DNA of 64,000 nt from Bacilli bacterium. Lineage in GTDB: Bacteria; Bacillota_I; Bacilli_A; RFN20; CAG-826. The notes below the pieces were generated by a model. That model was given only the letters and a program-made list of their open reading frames with translations. It did not search any database and was not told the DNA's origin. Within the stretch, counting starts at the first letter, position 1, and each line of letters begins with the position of its first letter. A program made the translations under genes and the position numbers. The DNA lies in NCBI GenBank assembly GCA_024408085.1, contig JAKSVH010000007.1:6914-70913 (forward strand), read 5' to 3'. Shown in pieces: positions 54,921 to 64,000 of the stretch.

Positions 54921-55726
54921 AATTCCTCAACAATCCTTTCTAAACTTTCATCGTTTTTAATTTCTATTCCCACTTGAGAAAGTAGGTTTACAAATTTTGA
55001 TTTAAATGGCAAATCTACGCCAGATTCCACGAAAATACCCGGGTTTTCTAGGATATTTTCAGGTTTATCGTGTCCAACAATCTTACCCTTCTTAAGAACA
55101 ATTACTTCGTCTGAGGAAAATGCTTCTTCAAGGTCGTGAGTAATTGAAATGATGGAAAGATTTGGATTTTCTTTTCTCATTAAATCGATGGTTTCGCGAA
55201 CTTCTCTTTTGCCCTTTGGGTCAAGCATTGAAGTTGCTTCATCAAAGATAATTAAGTCTGGATTCATTGCTAAAATTCCAGCGATTGCAACACGTTGTTT
55301 TTGACCACCAGAAAGGTTCTCTGGTTCCTTGTCTAAAAACTCAGACATGCGAACCTTTTCAGCGAACTTATTTATGATTTCGTCCATTTGTTCATGAGGA
55401 ACTCTTCTGTTCTCTAAACCGAATGCAATGTCATCTCTAACTGTTGAACCTACAAACTGGTTGTCTGGATTTTGGAAAACAATTCCGATACGAGAGCGGA
55501 TTGCTCCAAGGTTTTTGGCATTGAGATCCAAGCCAAATGCTTTAATTGAGTCCTTACTTGGTTCAAGAAGTCCAATCAAAAGTTTTGCAATTGTGGATTT
55601 TCCAGAACCGTTATGTCCAATAATCGAAATATACTTTCCTGATTCAACAGAAAAAGAAACGCCATCGACGACGTTTATTTTCTTATCGTAGCTGAAAACA
55701 AGATTGTTTACTTCGATTAGTTTCAT
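54911..55726 (-). CDS. ecfA1: ECF transporter ATPase component A1
   Basis: ATG at 55726 (MKLIEVNNLVFSY), 1 nt after the comEB stop; GHNGSGKST, LSGGQKQR, IIFDEATSMLD motifs. Confidence 0.9.
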   Translation of the reverse strand: MKLIEVNNLVFSYDKKINVVDGVSFSVESGKYISIIGHNGSGKSTIAKLLIGLLEPSKDSIKAFGLDLNAKNLGAIRSRIGIVFQNPDNQFVGSTVRDDIAFGLENRRVPHEQMDEIINKFAEKVRMSEFLDKEPENLSGGQKQRVAIAGILAMNPDLIIFDEATSMLDPKGKREVRETIDLMRKENPNLSIISITHDLEEAFSSDEVIVLKKGKIVGHDKPENILENPGIFVESGVDLPFKSKFVNLLSQVGIEIKNDESLERIVEELCQ

Positions 55727-55727
55727 T

Positions 55728-56204
55728 TTATTCAAAATCGAATTTAATAATTCTTCCTTCGTATTTACGAGTCTTAACACCTGCTAACTTGAGCATCTTT
55801 GCAGAAGCTTGTGTTCCTGTGGTGTCAGCATACTTGTTGTCCATATAGACAACTTCTTTGATTCCTTTTTGAATGATTGCTTTTGCACATTCGTTACATG
55901 GGAATAATGTAACGTAAAGTGTACAGCCTTTTAAGGCTGCTCCATCGCGTGTATTTAAAATTGCGTTAAATTCTGCGTGGCAAACGTAAAGGTATTTAGA
56001 ATCAAGTCCTTCACCTTTGTTCCATGAAAGTTTATCTTCATCACATCCGCACGGCATTCCGTTATAGCCGTTTGAGACGATTTTGTGATCAGAATCAACG
56101 ATACAAGCACCAACTTTTGTATTTGGGTCTTTGCTTCTTTGGCTGGATAAAACAGCCATAGACATAAAGTATTCTTCCCAAGAAATATTTTTAGCTTTTT
56201 CCAT
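55728..56204 (-). CDS. comEB: dCMP deaminase (ComEB-type)
   Basis: CHAEFNAI and PCNECAK zinc-binding motifs; 158 aa. Confidence 0.88.
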   Translation of the reverse strand: MEKAKNISWEEYFMSMAVLSSQRSKDPNTKVGACIVDSDHKIVSNGYNGMPCGCDEDKLSWNKGEGLDSKYLYVCHAEFNAILNTRDGAALKGCTLYVTLFPCNECAKAIIQKGIKEVVYMDNKYADTTGTQASAKMLKLAGVKTRKYEGRIIKFDFE

Positions 56205-56320
56205 AGTAAGTCTCCAATATTGTCTAGTATTGTATCACAATATTTCAAAATATTTATGTAAAATGTGTGTGATTTTTCCTAAAAGGAATATAATTATATG
56301 TGATTTTAAGGAGAAAATAT

Positions 56321-57238
56321 ATGTCTAGATATGTCGTTTCACTAGGTGGAAATGCTCTCGGAAATAACGCTGAAGAGCAAAAACAACTTTTAGTTGGAGT
56401 TGCAAAATCAATCGTCCACTTAATCAAACTCGGCAATGAAGTAATCATAGTCCACGGCAATGGCCCACAAGTTGGTATGATTAATCTTGCTTTTACTGAA
56501 TCTACATCAGCCCCAGATATGCCATTTCCAGAATGTGGCGCAATGAGCCAAGGCTACATTGGCTTCCACATCCAAAATGCAATCTACAACGCACTTAAGG
56601 AAGAAGGATTAAAGAGAAATGTTGCAACCGTTGTTTCACAAGTTCTCGTTGATAAAAACGATCCAATGTTCCAAAACCCAACAAAACCAGTTGGTGCCTT
56701 CTACAGCGAAGCTGACGCTAAGAAATTAGCAGCAGAAAAAGGTTATTCAATTAAAGAAGACGCAGGCAGAGGCTGGAGAAGAGTTGTTGCTTCACCACTC
56801 CCAATTGACGTTGTTGAAAAAGAATCAATTGCAAGACTCGTCAAAGCAGGTGACATTGTTATCTGTGCTGGCGGCGGAGGAATTCCAGTTATTGAAAATA
56901 ATGGAAAACTCGAAGGCGTTGCAGCTGTTATTGATAAGGACTATGCATCCGCAAAGGTCGCAGAACTTGTCGATGCAGATTACTTGGTAATCTTAACCGC
57001 AGTTGATAACGTCTACATTAACTTCAATAAACCAGATCAAAAGAAGCTTGAAAATGTTAGCAAAGCTGAGATGGAAGAATATCTCAAAACTGACTACTTC
57101 GCAAAAGGTTCAATGTATCCAAAAGTTAACGCTTGCGTTAAGTTCCTAAACAAAGCACCTGGAAAAACAGCAATTATTTCATCCCTTGCTAAAGCTCCAG
57201 AAGCCTTTGAACTTAAGAGCGGCACAATAATCAAATAA
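56321..57238 (+). CDS. arcC: carbamate kinase
   Basis: ATG at 56321 after AAGGAGA; VVSLGGNAL, VIIVHGNGPQVG, GGGGIPV motifs; 305 aa. Confidence 0.9.
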   Translation: MSRYVVSLGGNALGNNAEEQKQLLVGVAKSIVHLIKLGNEVIIVHGNGPQVGMINLAFTESTSAPDMPFPECGAMSQGYIGFHIQNAIYNALKEEGLKRNVATVVSQVLVDKNDPMFQNPTKPVGAFYSEADAKKLAAEKGYSIKEDAGRGWRRVVASPLPIDVVEKESIARLVKAGDIVICAGGGGIPVIENNGKLEGVAAVIDKDYASAKVAELVDADYLVILTAVDNVYINFNKPDQKKLENVSKAEMEEYLKTDYFAKGSMYPKVNACVKFLNKAPGKTAIISSLAKAPEAFELKSGTIIK

Positions 57239-57251
57239 TTGATTATAAACA

Positions 57252-57297
57252 AAATAAAAAAGAGTTTGGAATCGAAACCCCAAACTCTTTTATTTTG
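57252..57297. terminator. bidirectional intrinsic terminator
   Basis: 12-bp stem AAAAGAGTTTGG/CCAAACTCTTTT with a 10-nt loop and flanking A-run and T-run, between convergent genes. Confidence 0.85.
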
Positions 57298-57307
57298 TTC
57301 AGTTTTG

Positions 57308-58435
57308 TTATTTAATAACAACAACTCTTGTGACGCCAGCGACTGCTTTGAGTGCTGCTTCATCAACTGAAGCGACTTCAGCAACAACTGCACCAAAGTT
57401 GCCTTTCATACCTGAAGCAAGTTTAGTTGCTTTGAGTAATCCGGTAACTTCTGCAACATGATCACCTTCGAACAAGACAACGACACGTGTTCCCGTTTTT
57501 GGACCAAGGTCGATTCTTGGATAGTTGACTGAGTTGATAATGTTACCATTTTCAACGTAGTCGACGATTTGTTTTGCTGCCATAGCTGCACAGTTGTCTT
57601 CAGCTTCTTCAGTTGAAGCACCAAGGTGTGAAATAGCAACAACGCCATCCATATTGGCTGTCTTGTAGTTAGGGAAGTCTGTAACGTATCTACGGACTTT
57701 GCCTGCTGCAATGGCTTCTTTTAAGTCATCATCATTAACGATTGCATCACGTGCACAGTTAATAAGAATGACGCCATCTTTCATCTTAGCGAATGCATCT
57801 TTATTGATCATTCCCTTTGTTGCATCAAGAAGTGGAACGTGGACTGAAATGTAGTCTGCACGTGCATATAATTCATCATATGAGACCACTTCTAAGTCAT
57901 TTGGACAAAGATGTTTGTTTCTTTCAACGGTTGCTGCAGATGGTTCAACAGCGATTACATGCATACCTAATGCGCCTGCTGCACCTGCAACGAGAGCACC
58001 AATAGCACCTAAGCCAACAATACCAAGGGTTTTGCCCATGATTTCTGTACCGGCGAATGCGCCTTTGGCTTTTTCCATTGATTTGTTAATAAGTTCATCG
58101 CCTTTATTTTCTTTAACCCATTCCATTGAGCCACGAATGTCTCTGGCGGCTAAAAGCATAGCAGCGATAGTTAATTCCTTAACAGCATTAGCATTTGCGC
58201 CTGGTGTATTAAAGACAACAACACCAGCCTTTGCATATGGCTCAAGTGGGATATTATTAACACCGGCCCCCGCTCTTGCGACTGCAACAACGTTTGCTGG
58301 AAGGACTGTTTCAAGCATGTTTGCACTTCTAACAAGAATTGCACCAGCTTCGTTCATATCTTCAGTTACAGAATAACTTGAAGGAAGAACTTTCATGCCT
58401 ACTGGTGAGATTTTATTTAAGCAAAGTACCTTCAT
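57308..58435 (-). CDS. serA: D-3-phosphoglycerate dehydrogenase (short form)
   Basis: D-isomer 2-hydroxyacid dehydrogenase motifs (GIVGLGAIG, catalytic R/E/H region) and a short ACT-like C-terminus; 375 aa. Overlaps the serC stop by 1 nt. Confidence 0.85.
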   Translation of the reverse strand: MKVLCLNKISPVGMKVLPSSYSVTEDMNEAGAILVRSANMLETVLPANVVAVARAGAGVNNIPLEPYAKAGVVVFNTPGANANAVKELTIAAMLLAARDIRGSMEWVKENKGDELINKSMEKAKGAFAGTEIMGKTLGIVGLGAIGALVAGAAGALGMHVIAVEPSAATVERNKHLCPNDLEVVSYDELYARADYISVHVPLLDATKGMINKDAFAKMKDGVILINCARDAIVNDDDLKEAIAAGKVRRYVTDFPNYKTANMDGVVAISHLGASTEEAEDNCAAMAAKQIVDYVENGNIINSVNYPRIDLGPKTGTRVVVLFEGDHVAEVTGLLKATKLASGMKGNFGAVVAEVASVDEAALKAVAGVTRVVVIK

Positions 58436-59517
58436 TATTTGTGTGCCTCTTCGAATTCAGCCATATATTTAATTAAGGCTTTAACACCCTCGATTGGCAT
58501 AGCGTTATAAATGGAAGCACGTAAGCCACCAGTAAGTCTATGACCTTTGAGGTTGGTGAATCTGTATTTCTTTGCACCTTCTAAGAATTCAGCATCCATT
58601 TCATCGGATGGTGTTCTAAATGTAACGTTCATAAGGGAACGTGATGCTTTATCAACATAAGGTGTAAAGAGTTTTGAATGATCTAAATAATCATAGAGTA
58701 AAGATGCTTTTTCTTCATTGAGTTTTTCTCTTGCTTCAAGACCACCTGTTTTAAGTAACCATTTGAAGACTAAACCGCAAATATAAATACCGTATGTAGG
58801 TGGAGTGTTGTACATTGAGCCATTTTCAGCATGGATTCTATAGTCCAAATATGCTGGAAGTGGATGTGCTGGAGTACGTGCAAGTAAGTCGTCTCTAATG
58901 ATACAAATTGTAACACCAGCTGGACCGACGTTCTTTTGTGCACCAGCGTAAATCATACCGAATTTCTTAACATCGATTGGTTCGGATAAGAAACATGATG
59001 ACATATCTGCAATTAATGGGATGTCACCTGTGTCTGGGTATTCTTTATATTTTGAACCAAAAATTGTGTTGTTATCACAGATGTAAACGTAGTCTGCATC
59101 CTTATCAAATTTGACACCCTTTAAATCTGGGATTTTCTTGAAACCGCCTTCTTCACCAGAAGCGACAACATTGACTTCGCCATAAAGCTTTGCGTCTTTA
59201 ATAGCTTTCTTAGTCCAAACACCTGTATTAATGTAGTCTGCCTTACCATGAACCATGAAGTTCATTGGAATCATAGCAAATTGAAGTGTAGCACCGCCTT
59301 GTAAGAATAAGACTTTGTAATTCTCTGGAATACCAATAAGTTTTCTTAAATCAGCTTCAGCTTCATCAATAATAGCTTGGTATGTTTTGGAACGGTGTGA
59401 CATTTCCATGACCGACATGCCTGAATCGTGACAATCAAGCATTTCCGCAGCTGCTGTCTTGAGGACTTCCTCTGGTAACATAGCTGGTCCTGCGGAGAAG
59501 TTGTAAATTCTACTCAT
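58435..59517 (-). CDS. serC: phosphoserine aminotransferase
   Basis: YNFSAGPA N-terminus, class V aminotransferase PLP-lysine region (GAQKNVGPAG); 360 aa. Confidence 0.93.
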   Translation of the reverse strand: MSRIYNFSAGPAMLPEEVLKTAAAEMLDCHDSGMSVMEMSHRSKTYQAIIDEAEADLRKLIGIPENYKVLFLQGGATLQFAMIPMNFMVHGKADYINTGVWTKKAIKDAKLYGEVNVVASGEEGGFKKIPDLKGVKFDKDADYVYICDNNTIFGSKYKEYPDTGDIPLIADMSSCFLSEPIDVKKFGMIYAGAQKNVGPAGVTICIIRDDLLARTPAHPLPAYLDYRIHAENGSMYNTPPTYGIYICGLVFKWLLKTGGLEAREKLNEEKASLLYDYLDHSKLFTPYVDKASRSLMNVTFRTPSDEMDAEFLEGAKKYRFTNLKGHRLTGGLRASIYNAMPIEGVKALIKYMAEFEEAHK

Positions 59518-59537
59518 TTAATTTACTTCCTTTCTGG

Positions 59538-60755
59538 TTATTTAATTCTCTGTGATTCGAGATAATAACGCTTTTCTGTAGCGTGTCCCATCGAGAATGC
59601 TTTTCTCGGAAGGACTTTGTCTAAGGCAATATAATCAAAGATATCGCCCTTTGTAAGTGCTGGCATAATGATGGCAACACTTCCTGGATGTTTCTTAGCA
59701 ACTTCGATTGTTTGATCTTCATCATGAATGTAATCGACTGTTGTTTTAGAGTGTGATGCTAGATAACCATCAACATAAGCTTGAACTTTTTCGTATGCTT
59801 CTGGTCCTTTCTTTGGCATCTTTAATTCAGCCTTTCCACCCTCTTTAGTATAGGTATATGACGAATATTCGCCACCTAAGGCTTCATTAAGTCCAGGTAT
59901 AAAATCATCTTCAACATCAAATACGACACGATGGATTGGTTCGAAAATCAAACCTTCATCATAAATATTTAATGCTTCAACAAGAGCGTATCTTGCTGGA
60001 TGAGTTTTTCTTTCTTTATAGGATAAGTTAACCTTGATCTTATCCCAGTGTGCTTTTGCGGTTGCAAGAGAATGGTTACCATCTCCTACAATGAACAATA
60101 ATCCGTTTTTATTCTTCTTGAGTAATCTCTTGAATTGCTTAATAACTTTATTTGTCATTGTAACTTTATAGCCGGTAATATGACCACCATCTTTGTTTAA
60201 ATCGAAGTCATAAACTTTTTCTAATTCGTTACGATGCTCATAAAGGTCCTCAATGATTTTTCTATCCTTATCATCAAATAAGAACAAGATGTGAGGAAGT
60301 TCAACTGGAGCGTTTTCTCTAATTTTAAGTCTTGGAGGAATACGTTCAACAATTGTAGCTTCAGAAGCACGAATAAGGGATTTAACCCCCTTCTGGTACG
60401 TATAATCTTCTAAATCAATGGCAATCATTAAGCCTAAACGGCGTTCTACAACACTGGTCTTTCTGTCGACCAAGATGAAACATTCACCTTGATCAACTAA
60501 GACGTTTTTATCTAAGTAAGTTTGAATGGTTGAGTTTACTTTATTAATGTATTCTTCATCATTAACTTTACCTAGATAGGCTTCTGGGAACATCATTCTT
60601 AAAGTAGAAGGTTTATCACCAACTAACTTTTCGACGTCTTCCCAATAATCCATTTGAGATGTGAATTGGTCGCAGGCAATAACTGCCCAAGCGGTCATAT
60701 CAACATCTAAGCTTGGAAGAAGTATATGAGGAGCTTTAATGGTTTTGAAAGCCAT
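59538..60755 (-). CDS. DUF1015-family protein
   Basis: ATG at 60755 shares one nt with the gdhA TAA (TAATG), with AAGGAG upstream (the ORF-track start at 60761 is TTG). About 405 aa; the family call is from remembered sequence features and the known serA/serC neighbourhood. Confidence 0.6.
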   Translation of the reverse strand: MAFKTIKAPHILLPSLDVDMTAWAVIACDQFTSQMDYWEDVEKLVGDKPSTLRMMFPEAYLGKVNDEEYINKVNSTIQTYLDKNVLVDQGECFILVDRKTSVVERRLGLMIAIDLEDYTYQKGVKSLIRASEATIVERIPPRLKIRENAPVELPHILFLFDDKDRKIIEDLYEHRNELEKVYDFDLNKDGGHITGYKVTMTNKVIKQFKRLLKKNKNGLLFIVGDGNHSLATAKAHWDKIKVNLSYKERKTHPARYALVEALNIYDEGLIFEPIHRVVFDVEDDFIPGLNEALGGEYSSYTYTKEGGKAELKMPKKGPEAYEKVQAYVDGYLASHSKTTVDYIHDEDQTIEVAKKHPGSVAIIMPALTKGDIFDYIALDKVLPRKAFSMGHATEKRYYLESQRIK

Positions 60756-62104
60756 TAGCAAACTCCTTGTGCAATCATCGCATCCATGACCTTTTCAAAG
60801 CCTGCGATGTTAGCGCCTAAGGCAATATTGGTTGGTTGACCATACTTGACTGCTGTATCGTGACATTTCTTGAAGATGTCTTTCATGATTTGTTTTAATC
60901 TGCCATCAACTTCTTCAAATGACCATGAGAGGTGTAATGCGTTTTGAGACATTTCCAAGCCTGAAACTGCAACACCACCAGCATTGGATGCTTTACCTGG
61001 TGCAAATAAGACACCATTTGTATTGAAGAATCTAATTGCGTCAACATCACATGGCATATTTGCGCCTTCAACTAACATGAAGCAGCCATTTTTCTTAAGT
61101 GCTTCAGCTTCTGCAATATGGATTTCACCTTGTGTAGCACATGGGAGTGCGATTTCACATGGGACATCATGCCACATGTTGCGTGGGCCAGCGACGAACT
61201 TGACGCCTTTGTGGTCTGCAGCATAATCTTTGGAGAACATGCCTTTTTCTTTTGCTTTCTTGCAAATGTATGGAACGTCTAATCCGTTTGGATCGTAAAC
61301 GTAACCTTCAATATCTGACATTGCGACAAGAACTGCACCAAGTTCATGAGCTTTTGCAGCGGCCATACCACCGACCTTACCGGAACCGGAGATCATAACC
61401 TTCTTGCCTTTAATATCACATTTCTTGAATTCGCGGAGCATTTCTTCGACGAAGTATAATAAGCCATAGCCTGTAGCTTCTGGACGACCTAATGAGCCAC
61501 CATATGAGAAGTTTTTGCCAGTAAATGTACCTGACCATTCATCTCTAAGCTTTTTGTAATAGCCGAACATATAACCAATTTCACGTGCGCCAACACCTAA
61601 GTCGCCAGCTGGGACGTCTGTGTTAGGACCAATGTGTCTGAATAATTCAGTCATAAGGGATTGGCAGAATCTCATAACTTCTGCATCTGATTTGCCACGT
61701 GGGTCAAAGTCAGCACCACCTTTACCACCACCCATTGGAAGTCCGGTTAAGGAGTTTTTAAATGTTTGTTCAAATCCTAAGAATTTAAGAATTGATAAGT
61801 TAACGCTCTTATCGAATCTCATACCGCCTTTGTAAGGACCAATTGCTGAGTTAAATTGGACACGGTAGCCAGTGTTAACTTGGATTTTGCCTTTGTCATC
61901 AACCCAAGGAACTCTGAATGAGACGATTCTCTCTGGGACTGTAATTCTCTCAATGATGGAGAATTTTTCAATACGTGGATCTTTATCAACGACAAAGTCC
62001 ATGGAGTCAAAGAATTCTTCGACTGCGCCAATGAATTCTACTTGACCTTTGTTCTTCGCTTTAATCTCACGAAGACACTTGTTTAAATATTTACTTTTGT
62101 ACAT
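60755..62104 (-). CDS. gdhA: glutamate dehydrogenase (hexameric Glu/Leu/Phe/Val dehydrogenase family)
   Basis: GPYKGGMRF, PMGGGKGG motifs, Rossmann fold GSGKVG; 449 aa. Confidence 0.93.
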   Translation of the reverse strand: MYKSKYLNKCLREIKAKNKGQVEFIGAVEEFFDSMDFVVDKDPRIEKFSIIERITVPERIVSFRVPWVDDKGKIQVNTGYRVQFNSAIGPYKGGMRFDKSVNLSILKFLGFEQTFKNSLTGLPMGGGKGGADFDPRGKSDAEVMRFCQSLMTELFRHIGPNTDVPAGDLGVGAREIGYMFGYYKKLRDEWSGTFTGKNFSYGGSLGRPEATGYGLLYFVEEMLREFKKCDIKGKKVMISGSGKVGGMAAAKAHELGAVLVAMSDIEGYVYDPNGLDVPYICKKAKEKGMFSKDYAADHKGVKFVAGPRNMWHDVPCEIALPCATQGEIHIAEAEALKKNGCFMLVEGANMPCDVDAIRFFNTNGVLFAPGKASNAGGVAVSGLEMSQNALHLSWSFEEVDGRLKQIMKDIFKKCHDTAVKYGQPTNIALGANIAGFEKVMDAMIAQGVC

Positions 62105-62126
62105 TATTTACCATCCTTTCTTTCCC

Positions 62127-62157
62127 AAAAAACTAAAAAATGCCCCTAAAAGGAGCA
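62127..62157 (-). promoter_or_regulatory. terminator-like hairpin inside the gdhA 5' leader (possible attenuator)
   Basis: Minus strand: TGCTCC-tttt-AGGGGCA hairpin followed by TTTTTTAGTTTTTT, about 20 nt upstream of the gdhA RBS and downstream of the predicted promoter. Confidence 0.45.
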
Positions 62158-62205
62158 ATTTTTAACACATGAGAATATGTAATAATGACATATGTGAACG
62201 TATAT

Positions 62206-62233
62206 ATAATATCACTTGCGCGCTTATTTTCAA
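62206..62233 (-). promoter_or_regulatory. predicted gdhA operon promoter
   Basis: Minus strand: TTGAAA (62228-62233), 16 nt, TGaTATTAT extended -10 (62206-62214). Confidence 0.5.
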
Positions 62234-62276
62234 CAAGAAAATGTAAGCGCTTATATATACGTCATCAAAAATTATA

Positions 62277-62306
62277 AAAAGAGTCAGATAAAATCCGACT
62301 CTTTAG
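62277..62306 (-). terminator. intrinsic terminator after the preA-like gene
   Basis: AAAGAGTC-N11-GACTCTTT hairpin followed by TTATAATTTTT. Confidence 0.65.
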
Positions 62307-62323
62307 ATTGCTAATTCAAACGT

Positions 62324-63571
62324 TTAGAGTTTGATATCTTCAGCTTTGCATTTTCTGCCTGGTTTGATTGTAATCTTACCTGGAGTAATTGCATGGACTG
62401 GACATACATGTCCACAGAGTAAACATCCGACACATTTATCGGTGTTGCAATGTGGCTCACGTTTTTCTTCATCCCATTCAATTGCTTGGTGACCACCATC
62501 ATAGCAAGAAATGTAGCAACGTCCACACTTGATACATTTGTCTAAATCAATGTTTGGACGGCAGATATAATCACGGTTAAGGTTTTCTGCTGGAATAATG
62601 TTCTTATTGGCTAAGCCAACGAGATCTTCAAGATGATCAACACCTTGTTCTTCCATGTAATGTTGTAAACCGTTCTTCATATCTTCTACAACACGGTAAC
62701 CGTATTGCATAATTGCGGTTGTAACTTGAAGTGTTTTTGCACCAACGAGAATGAACTCTGCTGCATCTTCCCAAGTTTCAATACCACCAATACCAGAGAT
62801 TTCAAGATCATGTAAACCATCTGCTTGTCTCATTTGTTGAATGAAACGTAATGCGACTGGTTTAACTGCTTTTCCTGAATAACCGGAGATTGCGGATTTA
62901 CCATCGACAATTGGAAGACCAACCTTCTTATCTAAGTCGATGTTACAAATTGATTTAATGGTGTTAATGGCTGCGATACCATCTGCACCGCCTTCTAAAC
63001 AGGCTTTTGCGACTGGAACCATGTCTGTAATGTTTGGTGTCATCTTAGCCATCATTGGAAGTTTTGATCCACGTTTGACAGCTTGACAGTACTTCTTACA
63101 AAGTTCTGGATTTGAACCAACGTCACTACCCATTGCGTGTGAGGTCATTTGTGGGCATGATAAGTTCATTTCAATCATATCTGCACCGCATTCAGTGACC
63201 ATACGTGCTAAATCTTCCCATGTTTGTTCATCATTACCCATGATTGATGCAATGAGGACTTGATTTGGGAATTCTTCTTTTAATCTACGTAAATCTCTGA
63301 GGTTTTCTTCGAGTGAGTGCTCAGCGATTTGCTCCATGTTTTTAAAACCAACGAATGGAGTATTTTCTTTATTTAACTTATCGAAACGTGGGGAGACTTC
63401 ATCAATAAAGTATGATTTTGGTCCGATTGTTTTAAATACAACACCACCCCAACCAACTTCGTAAGCTTTCTTACACATGTCATAGCAGTTACCAACTGGT
63501 GATGAGGATAAGCAGAATGGGTTTGGGAATTTAACTCCTAAGAATGTGATAGATAAATCTTTCTTAACCAT
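62324..63571 (-). CDS. preA: dihydropyrimidine dehydrogenase-like subunit PreA (DHOD-fold FMN domain + 2x[4Fe-4S] ferredoxin domain)
   Basis: Class-1 DHOD/DPD barrel motifs (FPNPF, NLSCPQ, GGADGI, GIGGI) and C-terminal [11 protein letters not shown] and [12 protein letters not shown]; 415 aa. Confidence 0.8.
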   Translation of the reverse strand: MVKKDLSITFLGVKFPNPFCLSSSPVGNCYDMCKKAYEVGWGGVVFKTIGPKSYFIDEVSPRFDKLNKENTPFVGFKNMEQIAEHSLEENLRDLRRLKEEFPNQVLIASIMGNDEQTWEDLARMVTECGADMIEMNLSCPQMTSHAMGSDVGSNPELCKKYCQAVKRGSKLPMMAKMTPNITDMVPVAKACLEGGADGIAAINTIKSICNIDLDKKVGLPIVDGKSAISGYSGKAVKPVALRFIQQMRQADGLHDLEISGIGGIETWEDAAEFILVGAKTLQVTTAIMQYGYRVVEDMKNGLQHYMEEQGVDHLEDLVGLANKNIIPAENLNRDYICRPNIDLDKCIKCGRCYISCYDGGHQAIEWDEEKREPHCNTDKCVGCLLCGHVCPVHAITPGKITIKPGRKCKAEDIKL

Positions 63572-63572
63572 C

Positions 63573-64000
63573 TTATTTACCTCCTAATGCCATATCAATG
63601 TAGAGGGCAACTTCTTTACCAGTGCGGACACCACCAACAACTGTCTTGTCAAATCTTGAATGTGCGATATCACCACAAACCCAAACTTTTGGATCTGCTG
63701 TGACGTATGGTTTACCAGCATCAACTTCGCCTTTGACAAGTTCAATGCCTAAACCTTCAACACTTGGTTTTTGACCAACTGCCATAACGATAAGGTCTGC
63801 TTCAACACTAATTTCAGCATTAATAACGCGGTGTTTAAAGCTGACTTTCTTTCCTTCACATGCGGTTGGAACATAACCATCCATAATTGTGACACCAAGT
63901 TTTTGAGCTCCGTCGAGTTCTTTCTTGGATGCTTTAAATTCTGCAAATTGTTCGTAGACAACATCTGTAACGTTTGCAACACCTAAAAGTTTAAGTGTTG
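63573..64000 (-). CDS. preT: PreT / glutamate synthase small-subunit-like FAD/NAD(P) oxidoreductase, C-terminal part (5' end outside window)
   Basis: The frame stays open upstream of the ORF-track Met to the window edge. C-terminal motif VWVCGDIA....TVV.....G typical of the GltD/PreT family. It stops 1 nt before the preA ATG. Confidence 0.7.
   Translation of the reverse strand, partial: TLKLLGVANVTDVVYEQFAEFKASKKELDGAQKLGVTIMDGYVPTACEGKKVSFKHRVINAEISVEADLIVMAVGQKPSVEGLGIELVKGEVDAGKPYVTADPKVWVCGDIAHSRFDKTVVGGVRTGKEVALYIDMALGGK

Noticed and set aside
56205-56320. Short palindromes (AATATTGT...ACAATATT, TATTGT-atc-ACAATA) and TGTGA words between comEB and arcC as an ArcR/Crp-type operator
   Set aside because: The arms are only 5-8 bp of AT-rich sequence, and no proper TGTGA-N6-TCACA site is present. 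This is indistinguishable from chance in this composition.

Overview
Low-GC (about one third G+C) bacterial chromosome segment. Gene content and order resemble Bacillus-type Firmicutes, in a reduced Erysipelotrichia or Acholeplasma-like style. TGA is used as a stop codon in several ATGA start/stop overlaps, so this is the standard bacterial code, not the Mycoplasma code. The window is almost entirely housekeeping, arranged in long, tightly packed operons, mostly on the minus strand. I can support about 70 CDS: pgi, argS, rpoE, ispF, ychF, fhs, miaA/miaB, rny, recA, pgsA, recU, nth, dnaD, hup, der, cmk, rsmG/mnmG, sufCDSUB, rplM/rpsI, truA, ecfA1A2T, serA/serC, gdhA and preTA-like genes. There are also 10 tRNA genes in two clusters (all with encoded CCA), a type-B RNase P RNA, an FMN riboswitch in front of a RibU-type transporter, and a 55-aa ferredoxin missing from the ORF track. 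I see no CRISPR array, integrase, transposase, prophage or recognisable defence island, and I do not claim a clear novel system. The best leads are: (1) a stand-alone RQC-like winged-helix gene abutting a 726-aa membrane protein with an HTH N-terminus; (2) a roughly 58-nt leader element duplicated in front of recA and a tandem MacB-like ABC pair, with an SD-sequestering hairpin in the recA copy; (3) DUF1015 translationally coupled inside a gdhA-serC-serA operon with a structured leader; (4) a half-size CCA-adding enzyme; (5) two overlapping giant lipoproteins, one with a split parvulin domain; (6) an orphan gene plus a GC-rich spacer beside a tRNA operon. All family assignments come from motif reading by eye. 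No database searches were run.
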